A stretch of DNA of 64,000 bases, taken from NCBI GenBank assembly GCA_964252035.1, contig OZ176201.1. The stretch is one strand, 5' to 3'. Position numbers and translations under genes: made by a program. Position 1 is the first letter of the stretch; each line of letters begins with the position of its first letter. Origin of the DNA: Podarcis erhardii (taxonomy: Eukaryota). This document shows, piece after piece, positions 10,880 to 23,200 of this stretch. The notes beneath the pieces were generated by a model. The model worked only from the letters and a program-made list of their open reading frames with translations, was not told the DNA's origin and did no database searches.

Positions 10880-11045
10880 TACCCCTAGTGCAACGGGACT
10901 TCCCCTCTTTCTTCCCCCTGTGTCCTCTACCCAAATTTGCTCCACAGGGTCAGGGAAACAGCCAGAACAGAATGTGGGGAGAAGGAGAGGGGAGGGGAGG
11001 CTGCTCTGTCGGACAAGCAGAAATGCTTCCGCTAATGAAAGGATC
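10880..11045. mobile_element. Old palindromic element family Q (C-rich left arm, AAAT(C/T)TGCTC...AG(C/A)A core, G-rich right arm)
   Basis: Similar architecture at 32300-32430, 58045-58195 and 58500-58625. Confidence 0.5.
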
Positions 11046-12444
11046 CCCTTAGCAATATGATGAATACAACCCTTGGTGCAATTACAATCTTAGAACTGGA
11101 AGTTAGCAGATGATAATGGAATCTAACCCCCTGTTTTAAAACATGTTTCTCCATGCACTTTGCCACACCCCACCACATCTTGCAGATTAATCCTTGAGGT
11201 CTAGAATTGACTCTATGCTGCAATGAGGTAGAACCAGCAAAGTGCCTGTACAGTTTAAGGCATGGTTTGGCAAATCACCTCTGACGACTCCAGCAGAGGT
11301 GCTGCTGTGGCCCGAAAGCTATTGGACATCACTGGCAACCGCTAGGAAAACCACTAGGAAAACCGGCTGAGGGTGCCAGTTTTCCTAGTGGTTATTTTCA
11401 GGATGATTCATTTGGAACATGACAGTACACAGGGCCATGTAATCTTGCACCGCACATTTTATGTACTCAAATCAAGCAGTTCCCTAAACTGCACGGTTGC
11501 AGATATCTGAGTATGATGAACACTGGAATCATTCCTGGAAATCCAAAGAGTAGATAAAAAAGAACGCTGTTGAGTTCAGATTATAGCTAAATGGTTCAGG
11601 GGAGGGTGAGCCAGTGGATTTTAACAACCAGATGTTTTATTCCTAATTTCCCAAGCTGAATTTGCCATGAAGTTATTTTACAGTTCTTTGATTCTGACCT
11701 GTCACAGCCAATATGTTTAAACTTTGCAAAAATCAGGTCTGAGACTGCAGAACTCCAAATGTTAACTGAAAGACAGTCATGCAGCATTTTGCTCTTGACA
11801 ATTTCAATGTTTATGATTTGCTTTAGCATTCCTTCCAACATAATGGAGCATTGTATCACTTCTCTGATAGAGTTGCTGAAAAGAAAGAAAGAAGGAACAC
11901 GTTTCAAAAACAAAGTTCTTTCCTTCCTTCCTTTCTAGAACAACAGCTTGATAAAGACAATGCATGCTATGAGTCTCAAAGTGTCAGGACTTGGCAAGGT
12001 CCAAGTTCCAGTATACGGGATCCTGGGACCTACAGGAGCTGCCTGTCACTCCAAAGCAAGTGAAGCCCAAATAAAAAAAGGTGTCTATTTCCACAGCAGA
12101 AAACAGGGGAGGGAGCAGGGCAGGGTTGTAAGGGCCTGAAGGAAGAGAGAAATTTTGGAGGCTGGGGTGGGAGAAAGCTCCCTCCTTCCAACCCCAACCC
12201 CCCTGAAATTTTAACAGCCCTTAGAAAGTGTCCTCATGCTAGAGATGGGTTACTCAAAACATAGGTGCCAGCTCTAAAGCTAGGGCTTGGTGGACAGGGA
12301 TTGGCCCCTGGAGTCAGCTGGTGCTGCAGCTTAGAGGGAACCTTTGAAGCACAGTGCTCACTCTGCCAGGCTCACAGTGAAAACTACGAATTGGTGGCGC
12401 AGGAGGTAAGGTGCCCAAGCCTGGCTGTTGAATTTCATTAGACT

Positions 12445-12484
12445 TTGTTGTTGTTGTTGTTTAGTCATGTCCGACTCTTACTGA
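12445..12484 (-). mobile_element. Short 3' fragment of an RTE/BovB-related retroelement
   Basis: (TTG)n TTTAGTCATGTCCGACTCTT resembles the reverse complement of the squamate BovB-type 3' end (recalled motif TCGTGTCCGACTCTT). Confidence 0.45.
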
Positions 12485-14199
12485 CATCTTATTGAGAACC
12501 TTGCCCTGATGCCTTATTGGCTAAGGGTGCAATGCAAACCCCCTTTGTTGAGAGCTGTGTACTAGTGTGTGGATTGGATGGAGGTGCTCCTTTGTCCAGC
12601 CCTGCCAGCTTTCTCCTGTGGAGGGACACCGGAGAGCCGCCTGTTTTACCTGCCAAAGATGTGGGAGGGTGCAGGTGCTGCCAGCAGGATCCCTACACAC
12701 TCCAGTGTCAACCAAGGCCCCCAAAGGGGGCATTCCAGAACAGGGAGGTGCTGAGCCAGAGCCAGCTGCAATCACCTAGGAATGCCAGTCTATCTTGAAT
12801 AAAAGCAGGCATGGGGAATTGGAGGCAATTCAGGCTTTACTGGGGTAATGTGGCACAGTCTCCCACACTCCTTTGTTGCCTCTTATGCTGGTACTGCTTG
12901 TTTCCTAACTCCCCCCCCCCCCCATCTGCATTCTCATGACGGAGTTCTGCATCAGGCGTTTGCATGAACATTTAAATTGGCTCTCGGAAACAAAGAGATG
13001 TGCCTAACTTTGAAGAAATGAAGAATCCCCACTGACTGTGTGTATGTGCTTATTTGGTTTGACTATAGCCACCATTAACCCCAAATATTCATGTCAGCAC
13101 CACGAGAAACTATGGCGGAAACAGCAGCACTCAGAAGGAAGGGCAGCAAAGGGGGCTGTGTTCTCCCAACAAATTTATTTTCCTTCCAGCATTGGTGAGA
13201 TACTTCTGCAGGCAGGAGGACATCAGCAGGGTACGTTTCATCAGGCTCCGCTCATTCCTAAAAGACCTGCCTTTTACTTTTCAGCTCTGTTTATCTTTTC
13301 CTCAGGAAGTTCAGTGGAAAATATGTATCCCGCAATGACGGCCTGTCAGTCACTCTCGACCTTTTGCAAGAACAGTGTAAAGCTGGCATGTGAAGGTGTC
13401 ACTGTGGGGAAGGAATTCTTTAAAAGTTCATCATGAGTGGATAATTCCACTACAAAATGCGAGCTGGCAGGCAGTTGTAACCTGGAATCCAAAATCAACC
13501 TTATGCTAAAGACAAAAGGAAAAGAAAAGAAAAGAAGAAAGAACACCTTTTCTTCATATACGTACAGCAAACAATCTTTTCCCCCTGAAGCAGCAGGTAT
13601 TTAATGGAGGAGAGGCAACAAGAGAATGGTTTTTTTCTGCCAAATAGCTGATACTACATCAGGCCAGGTATAAACTCATACCCCACACTGTTCTCTCCTC
13701 ACTCCTCCTGCCTCCTTGATTTCCTTTCTCAATTACTCTGGCGAGGCACTTCAAAGAACCTCTTCAGACATCCTCCACCCCTCCACCCCGGCCAAAGATC
13801 ATCATGGGAATCGAGTGTATAAAATGATGAACTATTCTTTTATAACAGGAACTAAACGGCAATAATATTAGCTTTTTGCATAATGTGCAGGACTCTCCCA
13901 ACATCCTGGTTCCTGCTGAGTCAGTCAGTGGGGACGGTGCTGGGCCAGCCGACAGAGCCTGGAGCAGCCAGACCAGTCTGCATGGCAGGATGCAGAAATG
14001 GAACCAAGCTCCTTTGTTGCTCAGCCTTCGGAGGAAGCAAAGGTTACCTGGAAGGCTATGCTGGGGTTAAGAAGGGAGCAGGGGTGGCGGGTGAGGCACC
14101 ATCATATGAACTAGCTCTGGACTCTTGGAAATGCTACTGGCATTCGACATAAAAGGCAAGAGCAGGCATATCATGTGCATGTGAACACAATGGGAAGGG

Positions 14200-14386
14200 T
14201 TAGTGGTAGAGCATCTGTCTTGTAAGCAGAAAGTTGCAACTTCAATCCCTGACATCTCCAGGTAAGGCTGGGAAAGACTCCCTGTCCGAAATGTTGAAGA
14301 GGTGCTACCTACTGGTCAGTGTAGGCAATACTGAACTAGGTAGGCCAATGGTCTGATCCGCCACAAGGCAGCTTCCTGTCTTCCTA
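14200..14386 (+). mobile_element. Squamate tRNA-derived SINE family A, near full length
   Basis: A-box-like TAGTGGTAGAGCA, B-box-like TTCAATCCC, body CATCTCCAGGTAAGGCTGGGAAAGACTCC, tail GGCCAATGGTCTGA...AAGGCAGCTTCCT. Confidence 0.8.
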
Positions 14387-16264
14387 AATTAACAGGGGGA
14401 GAACTGAAGCCAAGAACTGTTCACAACATATCCTGATCATGGAAACACCAACATGAATACCTTGTGCCCTGTTGGGAAATGGTGTGTATTTTGTGGAAAG
14501 CCAAGAGCAAGGAGGGGGAGGCGGCATGGGGTGCACCAAAGGAGCTGTGTCACCCGCAGGTAATCTGTGCGCCTTTAATTTTCCTCGCGGGCTCACAGCT
14601 CCATCCACCTGCACCGCGTCTCAGCTTGCCGATTGGTATAATGGGACCACATATATTTAGAGAGCACGAGCAACACACTGAGAGGGAGCCTCAGCTAAAA
14701 ATATCCATGTGCACAGAGAGATGCAGAGGTGACGCCGAAGCTGGAGAGTCAGATAAAAGGGAAGCTTTCTGTGCGCTGGAAAATTAACATTCCAGGGCCA
14801 CGTCACTTTGTGTGCTGCTTCCTATGAGCTTTCCCCTCCCATCGCCACCCCCCTCCCTGGCTTGCTGCCTCCCTCCCACCCACTGCTGAACAATCCGTCA
14901 GGTTTGGAAATCAGGCTGGATGGCACAAGGCACCATCCTGTAATTTCCTTTTAATAATAGATCACAGGAGGATGGGCTCGGCAGCCTTCGCCTGCTCTTC
15001 TGCCTCCTCATTAGCTTTACTACACTTGCTCCATTTAGAAACCAAGCGCAAATTAATGGAGCACTAATCATCTGCAGAAGAGATATTAATAGTGTGGACC
15101 CCCCTCCTCAGCCACAGACACCTTTCCTCAGCTTCCATCAGGCTGTTCCAGAAAAGGGGGGAAATGAGCCTCCTCTGTGTGGAGGAATTAACAGGTGAGT
15201 GCCGGCAGGATACGGAACATCCTGGGCCTGTGTTGCATCTGCCGTAAGGGGCAAAGTACCCGGTAGGCAGGGGCAAGCAAAGGAAATTATTGGTATGCGT
15301 GTGATTGTCTGCAAGAATTATTGATGTAGTGTAGCTTCTTCACTTTGAGATAGTTGTTATATTAGTTTTGTACGTTCTGTGGCGGACCACATGTTTCCTG
15401 TGCAGAAGAACACAGTCCCATGTTCAATTTTCAGTATCTCTATTTAGAGACGCTATGTGCTGAGGCTAAAAAAGAGCATCAGCTGAAACTCTGGAGAGTG
15501 GCTGTTAGTCAGGGGAGATAATATTCAGCCACTGATAGGAAGGAGGGCCAAACTTGAAGCCTTCAGTGTGTGGTTGCCATTTACATATCTTTCGTTTTAA
15601 GAAGAAAAATGTGAAAAAGAAAGAAACAGCTACAGGAGCCCCCAATTCCAATTAGAACTGAAAGACATGAGGGTGTTAACTCTTGCAATTTTTCTCCATC
15701 CCACCACCCCTCGCTATTATCAGCGCTGGATTTAGGGTGGTTCCCCCGCACAGGGCGCCGTGCGAAGGGGGTGCAAAATAACAAATAACAACAAAAAACT
15801 TATTTATTATATAGGGAGTGGCCCCCAAATCACTTCTTGAGGCAAATCACAGTTTGGGATGAATTATTTTATCAGCAAAACTGTGCTGGGGTGGGAAAAG
15901 GATTAGTTCCCCTCCACTGTACCAGAGTCCTGATCTAGGCTAAGGCTCCCACAGGTCCTATTTTTTTATTTTAAAAAAGTTGAAAGATGTGCAATTGAGA
16001 CCACACATTTACTTTGTGGCCCTACACATTTCTACTCTGCCTGAATTAAATTCTGTGTAATTCAATGGAGCTTACTCTCAGGTAAGTGGATATAAGAGTG
16101 CAGCCCTAACGTATTATCTAATTTGGCCTTCAGCATAAGGTGGCTTCATATGTTCCTGGTTGCACTTTGCACAGGAAGCCTAAGGAAGAAGCCGCAAATC
16201 CCAACTGTAGCCCAAAACAACTGCTCTTGCAGGTAGCAGGCCATATATTGGCACTTTAGATCTG

Positions 16265-16395
16265 AACTGTTCAGACATGCATCCCTAGATGTTGCTGGGC
16301 TACAACTCCCATTATCCCCAGCCAGTTTATCCAATGGTCACAAATGATGGGAGATGTGGTCCAACAATATTTGGGGACCCAAGGATGAAGAAGGC
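16265..16395. mobile_element. Small hairpin MITE (hAT-derived), degenerate
   Basis: CTACAACTCCCATTATCCC ... ATGATGGGAGATGTGG inverted core shared with copies at 28925, 34525, 34907, 37150 and 39286. Confidence 0.7.
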
Positions 16396-16982
16396 CACCT
16401 TAGAATAACAAGAGATCACCCTTTACCTTTCCTTGGACAAATGAAGGCCACAGAATCATGAAGGAAACAAACTGATGTTGTGGTGGGGCTTGGCTAGTGA
16501 GTCACTGCTACTTATTGGGAGGGGCACAGTGGTGGTGAGCTGCAAAAACACCAGTGGAGTTCAGTTTGGAACTCCTCCCAGTGCATTTGCATGGTATCAC
16601 CCTTCCTTGTCCCTCCCTCTCCAAGTAAGCAGCAGCAACTCACCTGCCAAGAGGTCAGGTAAGGGCCTCCATCCCACCACACTGTCTGCTGCTGACTAGA
16701 AATGTTTTGTCAGAAGACCTGTAAACAGAAAACTACATTCTTCCCTCCTACCTATGGATCATTCCAGCACAATCCACATGTGCTACATGGATTTCTTCAC
16801 TGTTCTCCTCCTCATACACTTATTTCCTCTAGAAATGTGTTTCTTCTCTGCAGTGGGCTCCCAGAACCAACATATTGCCAATGACAGTATTATCGTTGGT
16901 GGAAGATACATGCACAGTTGGGAAGTTGTGACCCAGAGTAAATTTCCCACAGTGACGCAGAGAATCCCACGGCAAAGTGTAC

Positions 16983-17156
16983 CTGAAAAAGCTCGGAGTC
17001 ATCTGTACTGTACTGGCTGGACTCTGTTTCAGAGTGCTCGCAACACCACTGCAGCTCATTGAAGCAACTGGCTGAGTCAAAGTCACCGGCATCCAACTGG
17101 GACAAATCTATCTCTGGGAAATCAGAGTAGAGGTGTTCCTCACCAGACACTTCATA
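16983..17156 (-). CDS. PPARGC1B: PGC-1beta coding exon 2 (58 aa, N-terminal acidic activation domain)
   Basis: Translates [58 protein letters not shown], matching the PGC-1beta signature (human ..[39 protein letters not shown]). Acceptor ttacatccacag|TAT, donor CAG|gtacac; 174 nt, phase 0-0, same length as recalled for human exon 2. Confidence 0.97.
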
Positions 17157-20089
17157 CTGTGGATGTAAAAGAGAAAAGGATGGTGAGCTTGGCTGGCTTG
17201 CCAATCCTTGGGAAAACCAAATGAGGTCAAATATAATCACACATGCCTTCACAAGGTGTAGATCAGATCACTGGTGTCTTTAAGGGGTGTCCAAATGTTA
17301 CACAATAAAAAGCCACACTAACATGGAGCTAAGAAACCAAAGTCCAAACCTTCCTAAAACAAAGAGGATTTAAAACCACTTGAAGGCAGGCTGCCACCTG
17401 TAGAAAGCCTTCAAGCTCCAAAAAGGCAATAGTTCCACATTTGTTTATTTACCGAGGTATTTTTAGCCTGTTCTTCAAAAGAATTCCTTTTACAACAAAA
17501 CAAAATTTTATAAAATAACCACATTGAAACTAAAAAAAGCAAATTAAAGATGGCAGATATAGTTCTAAATGACTCCCAGTGGCTCTTATTCTGACCTGAC
17601 CTGGTATTACTGATGAAAGGGGATACAGAAATGTTTTAAATAAATACATAAAATGACTGGGAAAATACAACAGAGCAGTGTGTAATAAGAGTTGTGCCTC
17701 TAAAGCAAGGACATGAATGCTGTAAAATGAGGCATTTCCTGCCCCTCCTCCAATGTATTAAAACTAAAAATCCCGAGATTATTTTTCTTTTCCGCATTAT
17801 TACCTGCTGGTGAATTATAATTATGTCTTACTGGCTTGTCTGCAAAATCAGAATTTAGGTCTATTCTTCTCATTCCCCTTCTTAAATTAGAAGTGACAAC
17901 TTGTACCTGATTGTGATTATTATTATTTTTGCCGACTTTGAATATGTGCATCAATGCCATTCAAAAGAAACTGAAGGATAAAGCAAAACAGAGCACTTTC
18001 TCCACGCTGAACATCTAGTATTTCCATTTGGGAATGATGCTGCAACCTTGGCCAGCTTTCACAAGAAATGCTTGGGTTTTGTATTTCTAGTATCAACATG
18101 ATAATATCCTATTATGCAGATTCTAAGATTAACATTTCTGTGCTCTTGGAAATATCACTCCCACTACCTTCTAGTGTGCAAGAGGCCAAGCCCCCTGGAG
18201 GACAGCCCAGATGCTTTGTTTCCCCATGGCAAAAAAGGAGGAGGAGGTTACTGGTGGGTGACTGACAATATGCATCTTTCAAGTCTGTCTCTGTTCAAAG
18301 GAACAGGAAAACACCCACCCACCTACCAGCAGATCACTCAGATTAAATGGATGCATTTCGAGGGACAATCTTTCAAAATGAATAATGCCCGTTTCCTGTA
18401 TAATTACAAAGATGTGCTTGTGGTGCTTTTTTTTCCCCCCAAGTTCAGAGGAAACAGACATTTTCAACTTTTCTTGGGACAGTTCCCTTGCTCATGGATC
18501 ATCACCATGATCCATTGCTAGCCTTCCACATCCATCTCAAGGTGGTGTACAAATTATAATAAAAACAGCTAAGGAGAGGTATAAATATAGCAAAAGACCA
18601 GTTCAACCACTGGTGATCTCCTCAGGCAAGACAGACAGTCAGACAGACACAGACACACACAGACGCCCCTGTACACCACCAGAGCAGCTGCATGGCTTCT
18701 TAAGGGACACTTAAGCTACTCCAGCCTTTAGTGACGTAATGCAGACATCCAGGGCTTATACTAGTGCCCTGATAGCCAGCAATTAGGAAGGAAAGGAAGA
18801 GGCTTATAGGGTACACCAGACAGTCACGAATCAGGTAAGGCTCTGCAACAGAGGCCTGTGTGCATCTGAAGGTGGCACTTTTGGCCTACTGGGCATTCTG
18901 GGTCCTGACCACCCCTGACTTCCCCTTTCTTTCCTAGGCCTTCCAGCCCCAGCTCCATTCATCAGCTAAACTTAGCTCCGCCACGCTCTTGGCAGTGGCA
19001 AGCAGGCCTTGGAGCTTCAATATTTCCTCATACCCGTGGCAATCTCTCCTTATAGAAACAAGTTTCTCCAGACACCAATTCAATAACAGCTCTAACAATC
19101 CATTGTATTCTTCCCCTGCTCCTCAAGCCCAGCCAAAACGAGAGTATAATAGAGCAGAATCAATGGCTGGCGCATGTAAGGCAATCTAAGCTCTAAGAAC
19201 TGAGCTAAAAATATCCAGTCAATCACACAGAGCAGCTGAGACCCGGCCCCATTTCCACCACATTCTCAAGGCATACGCAATTGCATTAAACTCCCAACAC
19301 GGTCGGCGAAAGCGAGTGACCGAGAAGGACACAGTAATGCTGCACTGCACCATTACTGCTAAGCCTACCAAAGGTCACAGATATGCTGGGGGATGCGGCT
19401 TTCGAAGGTCCACGATGCACAAAGGCGGGGGAGGGGGAGGACTGTGATACAGAAGACAAGGCCTGTTCAGATTAGGGATGGATGAGGGAGAAGGTAGGCT
19501 CTGTCTGGGCTGAAAGGTGAACCTCCCTACTTTGCACTTCCCCAAAGCAGCACACAAGACAGAAGCACAGTTATCCTCGAAAATCTGCACTCTCCGAATT
19601 TTCCAGTGCAGTTCTGCAGCCAAGTAACATGTACTTAATATATACAAAAATGTATATATTAGTAGAACTGACATGGATGGTGATGGCAGGTGTGTGTGTG
19701 GGGGGGGGGGGGAATCCATTGTATTAGGAAAATTCCTTTGCAAAAAAACTGTCTCTTAGGCAAAACCACTTACAAAAATGTGTCTACTAGTTGAAATTTG
19801 CACAGAAATGCTGGTGAATCTTCATGAAACCTTTTTAAAAATCACCATCATCACAAACTGATGTACAAATGTGGGGAACAAAACATAAGATTGGAAAAAT
19901 GAGAAACCTGAAATTGACATATGGGCCCATCCCTAGCTCAAGCAAAGGTTTCTGCAAAATTGTGCCATCGGGCACTACTGACATCTATACCATGCTCAGT
20001 GTAGGGAAGAAACTCTATCTGATGTGTAAGAATTTTGCCAACGTTATGACTCCAATTTGTTTCAGTGACATGTGATTTTATTGTTCATA

Positions 20090-20250
20090 TTTGAATGCTG
20101 CTCTTCCTCCAAGACATTCAGGCCAGCATACATGGCACTATCATCTCTTGCAATCTTCAAGTCAACCTTGTGAGGAATGTTAAAACTGAGTAACACTCTC
20201 ATGGCTGAGTGGAGATTTGAATCCAGAGTTCCTCAGTTCACCAGCTAGAC
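20090..20250 (-). mobile_element. CORE/MIR-like SINE remnant
   Basis: CAACCTTGTGAGG and GCTGAGTGGAGATTTGAATCCAG are reverse complements of CORE-SINE body and B-box motifs; related to 32870-33045. Confidence 0.5.
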
Positions 20251-23200
20251 TCCATTAGCTGAATTGGACAGACTTGAACACCAAGATTTCCTGCTTCTCC
20301 ACAAATGCTTTTTATCTAGCAAAGTACAGCACCGATTGGGAAATTTTTGATCCCAATTTTGCTGGCATCAGTACGTTTACAGTGTTCACTGAATTCAGCG
20401 AGTAGGGTCAGCACTCAGTCCTGCCTTTCTGAGCCAACAAACCCATTCCAGGCAAGCCACCATGGAGCTGGTAGATGATAAAAGCCTTTGTCCTCGTAAT
20501 GACCAAGACTAGCATTCAAAACAACCACCAGATAAATGAAAATTCATGAAGCCCTTTTATGTGAAGACCTGCTGATCTTTGGGAGCTTCCTAACAATGGG
20601 GAGAGCAAATATATTTGTTTTGCATTTAGCTCTCAACTCACAAGATCAACTGAGCATTTGAAAAGCCGTAATGAGAGAATAACATCCAAGGCACTGCTTT
20701 GAAGTTTTCCAAATAGTCTCTCTAGGACTTAACAATCAATTTTCACAAGAAGTTACAGAAACGAAAGAGACAGCATCTCCCCCTCTCCACCCCCTTCGTT
20801 CTGTCTTTATTAACTGGATAATCTCAGATTATAGGGCTTGTTTCCCGCAGGAATGGGACTTTATGTCTTCTCTGCATTTTCCAATTTAATTTAGGACACA
20901 ATCTCCACTAACAGTAAATGGTGGGTCCTCCCACACCTTCTGTATGAACACTAGGTGAAAGAAAGGGCAAATGGACCTCAGGTTACGAAGCAAAGGCTGT
21001 AGGGAAGGGTCAGTCTTGGGGCAAGGAAGAAGCCTGGAGACTGGCAGAAAAAGAAAATCGCAATGGAAGAAGGTTGCAAGCTGACCTCCGCCCAACCTGT
21101 CCAGGGCAGGGCAAGCTTCCACCAAGCCACATGGAAAAATGAGCGGATAGGGACTTTTCACATTATGGAGACACACATTATTGCCAACTAACATCTGCAT
21201 AAAAAGCTGCTGCTAAAAGCACAACTGCAGTGACCATTTGAAAAGTTGCCTACTGGAGGGGTGTGTGGGGAAGCCAGTGGATCCGGAGACTTTTTCTAAT
21301 CTGCTGCCTTTTCACACACTTCCCTTACTGCATTGTGCATGCAATGCACATTTTAGCACTGTTATTTTCTGAAGGAAGTGCGGTTTAGAATCTGCGCAGC
21401 CCTTAAAAATTATTGCCTTTAACCCATCTTGGATTGAGATGGAATTGTTATCATGTTGTTTCAATTTACAGTCTAACACAATGTGCTCATGATGAAACTC
21501 TCATATAAACCCCAAGGGATTTGCAGGAGATGCATGCTGATAGATCTGTATCTTGTAGCTTTATTCCGAACCCTTTGTTGCTCTCCCTTGCTCCATTTGT
21601 CCACAATCCCCTAGTACAAATTGGGTTACCCACCTATTTCCTATTGGGGACCTATCACCCAGGAACAATACCACCATGGCCCCATTTTGGCTATGAGAAA
21701 CTGTTCAGTAATTTGCCTGGCTTAATGGTTAATCCAGCCCCCAGTTAGATTCCGATTTCCATCAATATATCTGATTGTCCAGGCCCCCAGCAAATGTATG
21801 TTTTCATCAAATGCTGTGTTTTCCCTCAAATCTTTCTCAGGGAGTAGAGGTAGACATATTTATTTTTAGAAAAACTTTGAATATGCATTTGCAATTCATA
21901 CACGAACCTCTGCAAAACACTCAGATTCCTCAGTTGTCTTTGATATGTCACTAGGGAAGAGATCCCAGCTCTGCAATCACAAGGTGCAGCTGACGCTAGC
22001 ACTTGGGATGTCTTTTGATAATCTCTACAGACGTGACACCTCCCCACTGCCAACAGAATTGGGTATAAATAAACTCCTGCAATCCAATGCCTCTTTGGGC
22101 TGCCTACATGGCATGCTGAGTTCAGCAGCAAGATTCAGATGGTGCCCTGGCAATGCCATGTTGTTCAAGTCCAACTCAAGGGTCACCTGGGAGACAAGCA
22201 ATAGGGCAGCATACTCCTCAATGCATGTATGAATCCATCCCAAATCTTCCAAACAACTGTCTGACTGATTGACTCTGGAGGAAAGATTAATGTTTCGGTT
22301 ATGAGTGGATAAGTGACATAAATCATCACAGGAAACAGCCACCTAAATGTATTAATATCACAATAGCTCTCTTGAGAACCAGACCCCACTTTAACCATGT
22401 CCTGTGATACACAACCCACTTTTCTATATTGTTGTTGTTCCTACTGCTACTACTGTATACATCTGTTCACCTCCTTGTTTTTCTCTTCTATTTGCCATTT
22501 TCTCTCAACTTCTCTGTCCTTCCCTCTTTCCTCTTAATATAATTTGAACATGCGGGGGGGGGGGATAAAATTAAAGGTGTTGGCACCACTGATGGGACCA
22601 CTTGAGGTAAAGGCAAGGCCTACTTGAGAGTCCTCTTCCCAGTGGGCTGAACTACATGCTAGTTGGGGATGATAAGAGCAGAATGCTAGCAATGCCTTGA
22701 GGTCCTCAGTTTCTGCATCCCTAGCCTAGACCTTCAAAGTTAAATAAAGGGATTCTCTCCAAGCTAGTGAGTGCCATTCAGCTGGGGCAGCATAGCCAAG
22801 AACTGGACTGGTTAGTTCTGTCAATGAGGTATGTTTCAGTTGCTGGAAGGATATCTAAATACCAGTTTCCTTCCTCCATTGCTTTGGAAACAAGAAGAAA
22901 TACACATCTTTGGCTGCATGCCTTGGAAGAAGAAGAACTGAAGCACTTAACAGAAGGCAGAACATCTGATGATATTTCCGAGTCTTCTTTCCACCCACAG
23001 TGGTGGGCAGGTGGATGGTACAGGGCTCTTCTTTGATAGGCCCAGCACTTACGAGTGGGTAATGGATCTTGGCTGTTGCAGTGTTCTCCTTTTCTGCATT
23101 TCCTTTTTGTGCTTGTGAAAGAAGTGAACTTTGTTCTAATTTTACCCAGGAGATTGTAAGGGAAGCAGCCATTGGACCTTGGAAGGCAGCCAGCAAAATG

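Noticed and set aside
15186-15200. Perfect plus-strand donor CAG|GTGAGT (and plus-strand acceptor-like tracts near 13170 and 13300) hinting at an antisense lncRNA
   Set aside because: About one such 9-mer is expected by chance per strand; no coherent exon chain could be built.
17157-17252. In-frame upstream extension of exon 2 shown by the ORF track
   Set aside because: Starts at a non-ATG codon and runs through the polypyrimidine tract; it is intron sequence.
22050-22200. Possible L2 ORF2 remnant (TGCAAT...GGGCTGCC...TTCAGC...AATGC)
   Set aside because: Similarity is too weak to support by eye and no RT-like peptide is recoverable in one frame.
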